Below are positions 19,819-28,404 of a stretch of DNA of 64,000 nucleotides, piece by piece (within the stretch, counting starts at the first letter, position 1; each line of letters opens with the position of its first letter). The translations under genes were made by a program, and so were the position numbers. Origin of the DNA: an uncultured Gemmatimonadaceae bacterium. Lineage in GTDB: Bacteria; Gemmatimonadota; Gemmatimonadetes; Gemmatimonadales; GWC2-71-9. A model generated the notes under the pieces. It did not search any database and was not told where the DNA came from. It saw only the letters and a program-made list of their open reading frames with translations. The stretch is taken from positions 4,604-68,603 of the forward strand of contig CAZXRC010000004.1 in the NCBI GenBank assembly GCA_964642475.1, written 5' to 3'.

Positions 19819-19894
19819 ACGGGCGACGGCTGGGCCGACCGCCCTGGGGCTGCCGCCGGATGGACCCAGGATGGTGCCAATGGGGACCGCGCAG

Positions 19895-19924
19895 TTGAAC
19901 CCAACCGCGCATCCCGGCTATATT
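19895..19924 (+). promoter_or_regulatory. sigma-70-like promoter TTGAAC-N18-TATATT upstream of rpmE
   Basis: TTGAACccaaccgcgcatcccggcTATATT. Followed by a CCTCGG-CCAAAT-CCGAGG hairpin and GGAG before the GTG start. Confidence 0.5.
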
Positions 19925-19993
19925 TGCAGGCTCTCCGGGACCCGGAAGTCATGTCCTCGGCCAAATCCGAGGCATCCACACATGGAGTAGACA

Positions 19994-20218
19994 GTGAAAG
20001 CGAATGCCCACCCGGTGTACCACAAGGTCATGGTGCAGTGCGCCTGCGGGAATCAGTTCGAGACCCGTTCCACCAGCGCCAATGTCCACGTGGAAATCTG
20101 CGCCAAGTGCCACCCCTACTTCACCGGCAAACAGCGGCTGATCGACACCCAGGGCCGCGTCGACCGTTTCCGGAAGAAGTACCAGGCCGAGAAGGCGCCG
20201 GCCTCGAGCCAGAGCTGA
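19994..20218 (+). CDS. rpmE: 50S ribosomal protein L31
   Basis: MKANAHPVYHKVMVQCACGNQFETRST...CAKCHPYFTGKQ, the Zn-ribbon (Cys-containing) form. GTG start. Confidence 0.95.
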   Translation: MKANAHPVYHKVMVQCACGNQFETRSTSANVHVEICAKCHPYFTGKQRLIDTQGRVDRFRKKYQAEKAPASSQS

Positions 20219-20221
20219 CCG

Positions 20222-21280
20222 ATGGAGGCCCGACTCCGCCAGGCGCTGGCCCGGGCGGAGGAGGTCGCCGCGGCGCTGGCCGACCCTTCGACCGCCGCCA
20301 ATCCCGCCAAACTCAGGGCCCTCGGTCGGGAGCACACCCGGCTCGCGCCGGTGGTGCGCGCCGCGGAGCGGCTCCAGAAACTCCAGGACGAACTCGCCCA
20401 GGCCAGGGAGATGGCGGCGGAGCCCGATCCCGAGCTCGCCGCCCTCGCCAGGGCTGACCTTGCCCGGCTCCCCGCTGAGATGGCGCCGCTCGAAACCGAG
20501 CTCCATGACCTGCTCCTCCCGCGCGACCCGCTCGACGACCGCGACGCGATCGTGGAAATCCGGGCCGGTACCGGAGGGGACGAGGCGGCCCTTTTCGCCG
20601 CCGATCTGCTCCGGATGTATCAACGGTTCGTGCAGCGGAAGAATCTCACCGTCGAGCCGATCTCGCTCAGCGACGGGGTGAGCGGCGGCCTCAAGGAAGC
20701 GATCTTCGCGGTGCGGGGCGACGATGCCTTCGGTCTGCTCCGGCGCGAGGCTGGAGTGCATCGGGTGCAGCGGGTCCCGGCCACCGAGTCGCAGGGGCGC
20801 ATCCACACCTCGGCCGCGACGGTGGCGGTGCTTCCCGAGGCGGAGGAAGTGGACGTTACCATCCAGCCGCAGGACCTCCGGATCGACGTCTTTCGCTCCG
20901 GGGGCCCGGGTGGCCAGAGCGTGAATACCACCGACAGTGCGGTGCGGATCACCCACCTGCCGACCGGCCTGGTGGTGTCGCAGCAGGACCAGAAGTCGCA
21001 GCTCCAGAACAAGCTCAAGGCCATGGAGGTGCTGCGGGCGCGGCTGCTCGACCGGATGATCGCGGAACAGGAGGCGGCCCGTTCCCGGGAGCGGCGCTCG
21101 ATGGTCGGGACCGGCGATCGCTCGGCCAAGATCCGGACCTACAACTATCCGCAGAGCCGGGTGACCGACCATCGCATCAACCTCTCGGTGCACAATCTCG
21201 CGGAAGTGCTGGATGGCAAGCTGGACGATTTCGTCGACGCCCTTCGCATGGCCAGCCGGCAGGAGCAGCTGGGTGCCTGA
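20222..21280 (+). CDS. prfA: peptide chain release factor 1
   Basis: PAT tripeptide (RVPATES) and GGQ motif ([24 protein letters not shown]). Confidence 0.95.
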   Translation: MEARLRQALARAEEVAAALADPSTAANPAKLRALGREHTRLAPVVRAAERLQKLQDELAQAREMAAEPDPELAALARADLARLPAEMAPLETELHDLLLPRDPLDDRDAIVEIRAGTGGDEAALFAADLLRMYQRFVQRKNLTVEPISLSDGVSGGLKEAIFAVRGDDAFGLLRREAGVHRVQRVPATESQGRIHTSAATVAVLPEAEEVDVTIQPQDLRIDVFRSGGPGGQSVNTTDSAVRITHLPTGLVVSQQDQKSQLQNKLKAMEVLRARLLDRMIAEQEAARSRERRSMVGTGDRSAKIRTYNYPQSRVTDHRINLSVHNLAEVLDGKLDDFVDALRMASRQEQLGA

Positions 21281-22130
21281 TGGGGAGGTGCGGGTGAGCA
21301 CGCTGCTGGACCGGGCGACCACTCGACTCCGCGCGGCAGGTATCGAGCAGCCGCGGCGCGAGGCCCGCCGGATCTGGAGCGATCTCGAGGAACTCGCCGG
21401 CAGGGCTGCCGCACGCGCCGACCAGGAAACCGTCCCCGGGCCTGCCGCGGTGGCGGCCTACGAGGCGGCGACCGAACGGCGGGCGGCGGGCGAGCCGCTG
21501 GCCTACGCCACCGGACTCGCCGGCTTCCGCCGCCTCACGCTCCGGGTGGACCGCCGGGTGCTGATCCCGCGGCCCGAGACGGAGGGGCTGGTCGACCTGG
21601 TACTCCAGCGCTGCCCCACCGGGCGGGTTGCCGACGTCGGCACCGGCAGCGGATGCGTCGCCCTGGCGCTGGCGGATGAGGGTCGCTTCACGCTGGTGGC
21701 CGGGATTGACCGGTCGGCCGCCGCGCTGGAGGTTGCCGGAGAGAACCGGCGCCGGACGGGGTGTCGGGTGGCGCTGGTACGGGGTGACCTGCTCGACGCG
21801 GTCGGCGCCCGGACGCTGGACGCGGTGGTGTCGAACCCGCCCTACATTTCCGAGCGGGAGTACCTCGCACTTGATCCTTCAGTGCGGGCGTGGGAGCCGA
21901 GGGAGGCGCTGGCCAGCGGTGCCGACGGCATGGACGCGACCGTTCGGGTGATCGCCGAGGCCCGGCGGGTGACACGGCGGGACGGGTGGCTGGCACTCGA
22001 GGTCGACGCCAGTCGGGCCGGCGCGGTTGCGACCGCGGCGGCCGGAGCCGGATGGAACGAGGTGAGCGTACACATGGACCTTTTCGGCCGCGCTCGATAC
22101 GTACTGGCGCGGAGAAACGAGGCGGAGTGA
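21273..22130 (+). CDS. prmC: release factor glutamine N5-methyltransferase
   Basis: SAM-binding [15 protein letters not shown] and the NPPY motif (VSNPPYISE). The start is ambiguous among GTG 21273/21288/21294. Confidence 0.85.
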   Translation: MPDGEVRVSTLLDRATTRLRAAGIEQPRREARRIWSDLEELAGRAAARADQETVPGPAAVAAYEAATERRAAGEPLAYATGLAGFRRLTLRVDRRVLIPRPETEGLVDLVLQRCPTGRVADVGTGSGCVALALADEGRFTLVAGIDRSAAALEVAGENRRRTGCRVALVRGDLLDAVGARTLDAVVSNPPYISEREYLALDPSVRAWEPREALASGADGMDATVRVIAEARRVTRRDGWLALEVDASRAGAVATAAAGAGWNEVSVHMDLFGRARYVLARRNEAE

Positions 22131-22480
22131 TCTGGGACAAGGCGGAAGATCTCGGGCGCATGATCGGGCAGACGCCGGAGTACAAGGCGCTGCGGCGGGC
22201 GGAGACGGCGCTTCGGGAGGACCAGGAGGCGCAGGCCAAGGTAGACACCATCCAACGGCTGGCGCGCCAGATGGACGAGCTGGTGGCGCAGGGCCAGATG
22301 CCCGACCAGGCCACCGCCGAGACCTACGAACAGGCCGTGCGCGATCTCGAGGTGAGTCCCTCGGGGCAGGCCTACGCGGTTGCCCGGGCCAACTTCGAGA
22401 AGGTGATGATCAAGGTGAATCAGCTGATCGCCCAGGGGATGGAGAAGGGCGCGACGAGCAACATCATTACGCTGGGATGA
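22127..22480 (+). CDS. YlbF/YmcA-like (UPF0342-type) helical protein
   Basis: GTG 22127 overlaps the prmC stop. 117 aa, helical, pattern ...IGQTPEYKALRRAETALREDQEAQAKVDTIQRL...NFEKVMIKVNQLI. Assigned by pattern only. Confidence 0.5.
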   Translation: MIWDKAEDLGRMIGQTPEYKALRRAETALREDQEAQAKVDTIQRLARQMDELVAQGQMPDQATAETYEQAVRDLEVSPSGQAYAVARANFEKVMIKVNQLIAQGMEKGATSNIITLG

Positions 22481-23115
22481 GCCGCGGGTTCTTCCTGGTG
22501 GTGGAAGGCACCGAGGGGGCCGGCAAGTCGACCCTCGCCCGGGGCCTGGCCGAGCGTTTGACCGCGGCGGGGCTCGAGCCGGTGCTGGTGCGGGAGCCGG
22601 GGGGAACACCCGTGGCCGAGCGGATCCGGGCGATCCTGCTCGATCCCGACCACCCGATCGAGCCGGTGAGCGAGCTGCTGCTCTTCCTGGCCGCCCGCGC
22701 CGACCTGGTGGCCCGGGTCATTGCGCCGGCACTCGCCGCCGGGCGAACCGTGCTCGCCGATCGCTTTCAGCTTTCGACCGAGGCGTACCAGTGTGGGGGG
22801 CGCGGCCTCGCGACGTCCCTCTTTCAGGATGCCAATCGGGCCGCGACCGGCGGACTGCAACCCGATCTGACGCTGATCCTCGATCTCCCGCCCCAGGTCG
22901 GATTCCAGCGCATCGCGGCGAAGGGCCTCGGGCTCGACCGGATCGAACAGGCCGGCCCTGACTTCCATGCCCGGGTGGCGGAGGTCTTCCGACGGGCCAC
23001 AGGCCCCGGAATCGCCCACCTGGACGCTACCCACCCGGCGGAACAGGTCTTGCTGGCCGCATGGGAGGAGATCCGGAACCGTCATCCGGGCGCGCGGCCG
23101 GCCGGTCACCATTAG
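22477..23115 (+). CDS. tmk: dTMP (thymidylate) kinase
   Basis: FFLVVEGTEGAGKST P-loop; REPGGTPV; ATGA overlap with the upstream stop. Confidence 0.9.
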   Translation: MSRGFFLVVEGTEGAGKSTLARGLAERLTAAGLEPVLVREPGGTPVAERIRAILLDPDHPIEPVSELLLFLAARADLVARVIAPALAAGRTVLADRFQLSTEAYQCGGRGLATSLFQDANRAATGGLQPDLTLILDLPPQVGFQRIAAKGLGLDRIEQAGPDFHARVAEVFRRATGPGIAHLDATHPAEQVLLAAWEEIRNRHPGARPAGHH

Positions 23116-23128
23116 CTTGCAAGCAGGC

Positions 23129-23158
23129 GCGCCGGGGCCTCGTTCGGGGCCCCGGCGC
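23129..23158 (+). terminator. GC-rich hairpin after tmk (possible terminator, no U-tract)
   Basis: GCGCCGGGGCC-tcgttcgg-GGCCCCGGCGC, a perfect 11-bp stem. Confidence 0.35.
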
Positions 23159-23178
23159 AGATTCACTGGAGGAATCGC

Positions 23179-24813
23179 ATGCGACAGCGGTGGGGTTTGA
23201 TTGCCCTGGTGGCCATCCTCTCGTTCTTCACCGGCGGATGGCTGTTGCAGCGCGGGACCACCCGCGACGGGAATGTATACCAGCAGGCGCGGTTGTTCGA
23301 CGACGTGCTGTCGCACATCAGCGCCTACTACGTGGATTCCATCCCCCAGACCGACCTCTACGAAAAGGCCACGACCGGGCTCCTGGAGCAGCTCAAGGAC
23401 CCCTACTCGGTGCTCCTGGTCGACGACGACTACAAGGCACTGACCGAGACCACCACCGGGAATTACGGCGGTCTGGGGATCCAGATCGATGTACGGGATG
23501 GGTGGATCACGGTGGTGGCCCCATTGCCGGACACGCCGGCGGAACGGGCCGGGGTAGAGACCGGAGACCAGATCATCTCGGTCGACAGCAAGTCGACCGA
23601 GGGCTGGAATAACGACCAGGCGGTGAAGGCCTTGCGGGGCGCGCCGGGGAGTGTCGTCCTGCTCAAGATCCGCCGCGTCGGCATGGCCACCCCGATCAAC
23701 TACAACCTGACACGGGCCACGATCCACGTGCGCTCGGTGCCGCCGGGCAACATGTTCCCCGGCAATGTCGGTTACATCTCGCTCAACCCGGTGTCCGAGA
23801 CCTCGAGCGCCGAACTCCGGCGGGAGATCACCACGCTCCTTGGCAAGGGAATGAAGAGCCTGGTGCTGGATCTGCGGGGCAACCCCGGCGGCTTGCTCGA
23901 CCAGGGCGTCAAGGTGGCGGACCTGTTCCTCAACAAGGACCAGGAGATCGTTGCGACCCGGGGTCGGGCCCGGGGGTCAACCAAGACCTTCATCGACCAG
24001 GCCAATCAGGAGTGGCCGTCGCTGCCGATCGTCGTGCTGGTGAACGATGGCACCGCCTCCGCCGCCGAAATCATCTCGGGCGCGCTCCAGGACCATGACC
24101 GCGCGGTCGTGGTCGGGGTCCCGACCTTCGGCAAGGGGCTGGTACAGACGCTGTTCCCCTTCTCCGACAATACCGCGCTCAAGCTGACCACCGGCCGCTG
24201 GTACACCCCGAGCGGCCGGACCATCCAGCGTAAGGCGCGGAACGAGGAAGACCAGGCGCGTATCGCCGCGGGCGAGGCCGGTCCGGGCCCGGTCGACAGC
24301 GCGGCCGGCGATACCGCCAACCGGCCGACCTACAAGACCGACGCCGGACGGGCGGTCCGTGGGGGTGGCGGGATCGTGCCCGACCTGGTGATCCGGCAGG
24401 ATACCCTGACCGACTCGGAGCGGGCGTTCGCGGCGGCCCTGGCGGCCAAGTTCGCCGAGTACCGGGACGCTATCACCACCACGGCGCTGCAGATCAAGAC
24501 CGAGAAGGGTGTCACCTCGGAGGAGTTCAGCGTCACCCCGGCGATGCGGGCCGAGGTCTTGCGCCGGATGCGGTCCAAAGGTGTGCAGGTGGCGGATTCG
24601 GTGTTCGCCAAGGCCGAGCCCCTCGTGAGCGAGCAGCTGGGCTATGAGATCGCGCGGTACGTCTTCGGCCGGCCGGCGGAGTTCCGGCGCCGCAGCCGCG
24701 ACGACCGGCAGATGCAGGTCGCCCTCGATCTGCTCCACAAGGCTCAGACGCCCAAGGATCTGATGTCCCTGGCGACGGTGCAGGGTACGGAAGCGCCGGT
24801 TCGCAGGAACTAG
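23179..24813 (+). CDS. S41 family carboxyl-terminal processing peptidase with PDZ domain
   Basis: PDZ (GGLGIQIDVRDGWITVVAPLPDTPAERAGVETGDQI). Catalytic region LDLRGNPGGLL ... GTASAAEIISGAL ... FGKGLVQ. Confidence 0.9.
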   Translation: MRQRWGLIALVAILSFFTGGWLLQRGTTRDGNVYQQARLFDDVLSHISAYYVDSIPQTDLYEKATTGLLEQLKDPYSVLLVDDDYKALTETTTGNYGGLGIQIDVRDGWITVVAPLPDTPAERAGVETGDQIISVDSKSTEGWNNDQAVKALRGAPGSVVLLKIRRVGMATPINYNLTRATIHVRSVPPGNMFPGNVGYISLNPVSETSSAELRREITTLLGKGMKSLVLDLRGNPGGLLDQGVKVADLFLNKDQEIVATRGRARGSTKTFIDQANQEWPSLPIVVLVNDGTASAAEIISGALQDHDRAVVVGVPTFGKGLVQTLFPFSDNTALKLTTGRWYTPSGRTIQRKARNEEDQARIAAGEAGPGPVDSAAGDTANRPTYKTDAGRAVRGGGGIVPDLVIRQDTLTDSERAFAAALAAKFAEYRDAITTTALQIKTEKGVTSEEFSVTPAMRAEVLRRMRSKGVQVADSVFAKAEPLVSEQLGYEIARYVFGRPAEFRRRSRDDRQMQVALDLLHKAQTPKDLMSLATVQGTEAPVRRN

Positions 24814-24861
24814 CCTATCGCTCCTCTGCTGGAAGTCCCCGCCGCCTTCGCCACCGGGCTG

Positions 24862-25647
24862 GTGGTGGGCCTGCTCTCCGCGCTCGCGGGGATCGGCGGC
24901 GGGGTCATCATGGTGCCGTTCCTGTACCTGGTTTACGCCGGTTCGGGCGTAACCCACTCCGCCCAGACTGTCGTGGCGCACGCCACCAGTCTGGGCGTCG
25001 CGTTTGTGGCCTCCACGGTCGGGACCTGGCGCTACGCTTCGGCCCGGGCCATCCACTGGCGCGCCGCGACGACCTACGCCGTGCCGGGGGTCCTCTCCGC
25101 CTTCGTCATGGCCCGGGTGCTGACTCGGGTGGACCAGGCCAGCTGGATCCGGGCCGTGTTCGGAGGGTTCCTGGTCCTGACCGCGGCTGACCTGGTGCGG
25201 CGCGCCCGCCGGGGTGACCGGCCGGAGTCGCCCCATGACCCTCACTCGTCCTGGTGGCTGGTGCTGGTAGGGTTCGTGGGCGGGGGCCTGTCCGCCCTGC
25301 TGGGCATCGGGGGCGGACTGATCGCGGTGCCGGTGCTGCTTTACGTCGGCCGGCTCCCGGTGAAGGCGGTGGCGCCCACGGCGCTGGCGGGTGTCTGTCT
25401 CACCACGCTCGCCGGGGGGCTGGGCTATCTCACCGCCGGGGAGGGGCCGCCGATCTCGTCGATGATGGTGGGCTTCATGGACCTCCGGATGGCGCTGCCG
25501 CTGGCGCTGGGCACGCTCGTGACGGTGCCGATCGGCGTCCGGATGCAACGGCGCTCGAGCGCCCCGGCGCTCTACTGGGTCTTCGCCGCGGTGTTCGGGC
25601 TGATCGGCCTGGAGCTGTTCCGGGAATGGACCCGGGTGGCCCGGTGA
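24862..25647 (+). CDS. TauE/SafE family sulfite exporter-like membrane protein (start uncertain)
   Basis: Two GxGGG-type motifs (LAGIGGGVIMVP, LLGIGGGLIAVP). The in-frame sequence upstream to 24814 also looks like part of TM1 but has no ATG/GTG/TTG. Confidence 0.75.
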   Translation: MVGLLSALAGIGGGVIMVPFLYLVYAGSGVTHSAQTVVAHATSLGVAFVASTVGTWRYASARAIHWRAATTYAVPGVLSAFVMARVLTRVDQASWIRAVFGGFLVLTAADLVRRARRGDRPESPHDPHSSWWLVLVGFVGGGLSALLGIGGGLIAVPVLLYVGRLPVKAVAPTALAGVCLTTLAGGLGYLTAGEGPPISSMMVGFMDLRMALPLALGTLVTVPIGVRMQRRSSAPALYWVFAAVFGLIGLELFREWTRVAR

Positions 25648-26504
25648 TCGCGATCGTCGGTGGGGGCCGGATGGGGCGGGGGCTGGCCGGAGCCCTCTCA
25701 GGCGCGGTGGAGCGAGTGACGCTCTGGTCCCGGCGGGAGGCGGGCGGCGCGGTGGAGGAGGCGGTCAGTGGCGCCGCCACGATCATCCTGGCGGTGCCGG
25801 ATGATGCCATCGTCGTCGTGGCCGCGGCCCTGGCTCGGGGCCGGGCGGTGGGGGGAGACCAGGTGGTGCTGCACCTCTCCGGGCTTCACGGCCGGGAGGC
25901 GCTTGCCGCCCTCTCGGCGAGTGGCGCGGCCCTCGGGTCGCTGCATCCACTGCAGACGGTATCGGACCCCGAGACGGCCCCGGCCCGCTGGCGGGGCGCC
26001 TACGCCGCCGTGGAGGGTGATGCCCGGGCGGTGCTGGAGGGTGAGCGGCTGGCCCGGCTCCTTGGTCTCACATCGTTTCGGCTCGAGGCCGGACAGAAGG
26101 CGGCCTATCATGCCGGCGCGGTGATGGTGGGGAATTACGCGGTGGCGCTGGCTGGAGCGGCTGCCCGGCTCGCCCGCGGCGCTGGTGTTCCGGAACCGCT
26201 GGCTTCGAGAATGTACCTCCCGCTGCTGGCGGGGGCGCTCGAGAATCTCGGACGGCAACCGATCGCGTTGGCCCTGACCGGCCCGGTGCGCCGGGGCGAT
26301 CTCAACACCATCCACGAGCACCTGGCGGCCCTTGAGGGGGATGACCGGCTGCTCTATGCGGTGCTGGGGCTCGAAGCCGTGCGGCTGGCGCGGGAAGCGG
26401 GGCTCGCGGGATCGCAGGCGGAGGACGTGGAGCGCGTGCTCCGGGCCGCGATGGCGCGCCCGTTCGATGGCCAGGCTACTGATCCACCACCCGGACGCCG
26501 CTAG
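25644..26504 (+). CDS. Rossmann-like NAD(P)-binding protein with DUF2520-type C-terminus
   Basis: GTG 25644 overlaps the upstream stop. VIAIVGGGRMGRGLAGAL dinucleotide-binding motif. The rest of the 416-aa track ORF is an out-of-frame overlap. Confidence 0.65.
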   Translation: MIAIVGGGRMGRGLAGALSGAVERVTLWSRREAGGAVEEAVSGAATIILAVPDDAIVVVAAALARGRAVGGDQVVLHLSGLHGREALAALSASGAALGSLHPLQTVSDPETAPARWRGAYAAVEGDARAVLEGERLARLLGLTSFRLEAGQKAAYHAGAVMVGNYAVALAGAAARLARGAGVPEPLASRMYLPLLAGALENLGRQPIALALTGPVRRGDLNTIHEHLAALEGDDRLLYAVLGLEAVRLAREAGLAGSQAEDVERVLRAAMARPFDGQATDPPPGRR

Positions 26505-27192
26505 GGATGCTGAATGCGAAGGTTGCGGGTGACACGCGGCGGTTGGTTTCCACGCCAGAGAGAATGAGCGTCCGCTGGTTGCCCCCCTTCTCGCGAACTT
26601 CGAGGCGGCGGGGGAGATTGTCGTACTGATCGAGGTAGACGACTGCGCCCGTGAAGGGGAGCGACTTGTCGAGGGGAGCCAGGGCGAGGACGTCCACCGC
26701 CCGCCCGCCGATCGCATCGGACCTGAGATACCGGACGCTGTAGCGTTCCGAGGGATTGGTCAGGAACCAGGCGATGAGGTTCGGGCCGTAGGTCGGATCG
26801 GACGGGATCTTGAGCCGGATCACCTGGCCGGGGGTGGTGCTGGGCGTGTAGACCCAGATGTGCTCTCCATCCATTACGATGGCCTCGCCGGCGGGGTCGG
26901 TGAAGCGCATCGCCAGCTTGGCCTCTCCCGCCTGAATCAGATTCCCCCGACTCTCGAAGGTGCCGATCATCGAATCGGCGATGATCTGGTGAAAAGCGGC
27001 CGAGAACGAGCTGATGGTCTGATAGGCCCGGGCGGCGCGCTCGATGAGGGCCTTGGGATCGGGATCCTGACAGGCGGTCAGGCGGTCCGCCGGGCAGGCC
27101 GACAGTCGATCTGGCGACGGTCCGACCGCGACCAACGCCAGGAGAGTTGCGACCCTCCGGAGCCGCCACCTGCCCACCATTCCGCCCATCAT
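26476..27192 (-). CDS. LolA-like outer-membrane lipoprotein carrier family protein
   Basis: Signal/lipobox-like N-terminus. Pattern ...AAFHQII...[22 protein letters not shown]...GEHIWVYTP... is typical of the LolA fold. ATGA overlap with the aroF-like stop. Confidence 0.65.
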   Translation of the reverse strand: MMGGMVGRWRLRRVATLLALVAVGPSPDRLSACPADRLTACQDPDPKALIERAARAYQTISSFSAAFHQIIADSMIGTFESRGNLIQAGEAKLAMRFTDPAGEAIVMDGEHIWVYTPSTTPGQVIRLKIPSDPTYGPNLIAWFLTNPSERYSVRYLRSDAIGGRAVDVLALAPLDKSLPFTGAVVYLDQYDNLPRRLEVREKGGNQRTLILSGVETNRRVSPATFAFSIPSGVRVVDQ

Positions 27193-28229
27193 GCTCTCGA
27201 CCCTGCCGGGGCCGCGATCCGCCGGCCGATCGCCTCCGCGATGAGCCGAGTCTCTCTCATCAGTCGGGCGAACTGCTCCGGGTAGAGGCTCTGGGCCCCG
27301 TCCGAGAGGGCCCGATCGGGGGTGGGGTGGACCTCCACCAGCAGCCCATCGGCGCCGGCGGCCACGGCGGCGCGGGCCATGGGGGTCACCATGTCCCGAT
27401 GGCCGGTCCCGTGGCTCGGGTCGGCCACGATGGGAAGGTGGGAAAGCCCTTTCACCACGGGAATCGCGGACAGGTCGAACAGGTTACGGGTCGCCGAGTC
27501 GAAACCGCGCACGCCCCGCTCGCACAGGATGACGTTGGGATTGCCTTCCGCCAGGATGTACTCGGCGGAGAGCAGCAACTCCTGGATGGTGGCGGAGAGC
27601 CCGCGCTTGAGGAGTACCGGCCTGGGCAGCCGGCCCACCTTCTTGAGCAACGAGTAGTTCTGCATGTTGCGCGCGCCGATCTGGATGATGTCGGCGATTT
27701 CGGCAACCGACTCGGCTCCTTCGGGGTCCATCGCCTCGGTCACGATCAGAAGCCCGGTCTCCTCGCGGGCCCGGGCCAGCAGGCGGAGGCCTTCGAGACC
27801 GAGTCCCTGGAAGGAGTAGGGGGACGACCGGGGCTTGAACGCGCCGGCCCGAAGCACGGTGGCCCCGGCCTCACGCACGGCCTCCGCGGCGGCCAGGATC
27901 TGGCGCTCGCTCTCGACCGAGCAGGGGCCGGCCATCACCACGACCTCCTCGCCCCCGATCGCCAGGCCACCCGGGAGCTTCACGATGGTCGGGTCGGCGC
28001 GCCACTCACGCGACACCTGCTTGTAGGGCTGGGTGACGTGAATGACCTCCTGCACCCCGGGGAGGGCCGAAATGCGGGAGCCGTCGACCCGGCCATCGTT
28101 CCCCACCAGACCGACGGTCGTACGCTGGCGACCAGGCATGGGCCGCGCCTGGTAGCCCATTTCCTGGACGGCATCGCACACCCGGCGGACTTGGTCCTCG
28201 GTGGCGTCGTGGTGCATGACGATGAGCAT
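27189..28229 (-). CDS. 3-deoxy-7-phosphoheptulonate (DAHP) synthase, type I-beta with N-terminal regulatory domain
   Basis: [26 protein letters not shown] (ferredoxin-like/ACT-like domain), then [35 protein letters not shown]. Confidence 0.85.
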   Translation of the reverse strand: MLIVMHHDATEDQVRRVCDAVQEMGYQARPMPGRQRTTVGLVGNDGRVDGSRISALPGVQEVIHVTQPYKQVSREWRADPTIVKLPGGLAIGGEEVVVMAGPCSVESERQILAAAEAVREAGATVLRAGAFKPRSSPYSFQGLGLEGLRLLARAREETGLLIVTEAMDPEGAESVAEIADIIQIGARNMQNYSLLKKVGRLPRPVLLKRGLSATIQELLLSAEYILAEGNPNVILCERGVRGFDSATRNLFDLSAIPVVKGLSHLPIVADPSHGTGHRDMVTPMARAAVAAGADGLLVEVHPTPDRALSDGAQSLYPEQFARLMRETRLIAEAIGRRIAAPAGSRA

Positions 28230-28260
28230 CGGTGTGTCGCTCGGTTCCGTGATCTGGCTA

Positions 28261-28397
28261 TTGACTGTTGGCAGTTGGCCGTAAGCCGCAAGCCGTAAGC
28301 CGTAAGCTGTAAGCTGTAAGCTGTAAGCTGTAGGGTATGTGGCTGTACCGCCTGTGGCTTATTGCCTATGGCGCACTGCCAAACAACCCAGGGCCCT
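28261..28397. repeat. 7-nt periodic tract; core of eight tandem heptamers GCYGYAA
   Basis: Core at 28278-28333: GCCGTAA GCCGCAA GCCGTAA GCCGTAA GCTGTAA GCTGTAA GCTGTAA GCTGTAG. Flanked by degenerate 7-nt units (TTGACTG TTGGCAG TTGGCCG ... TGGCTTA TTGCCTA TGGCGCA CTGCCAA). Lies between the smc stop and the DAHP synthase start. Confidence 0.85.
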
Positions 28398-28404
28398 TCG
28401 TCCG

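Noticed and set aside
28278-28333. The heptamer arrays (also 54004-54114 and 62695-62811) interpreted as CRISPR arrays
   Set aside because: The units are only 7 nt and directly abutting, with no unique spacers of 25-40 nt, and there are no cas genes in the window. They are simple tandem repeats or inverted arrays.
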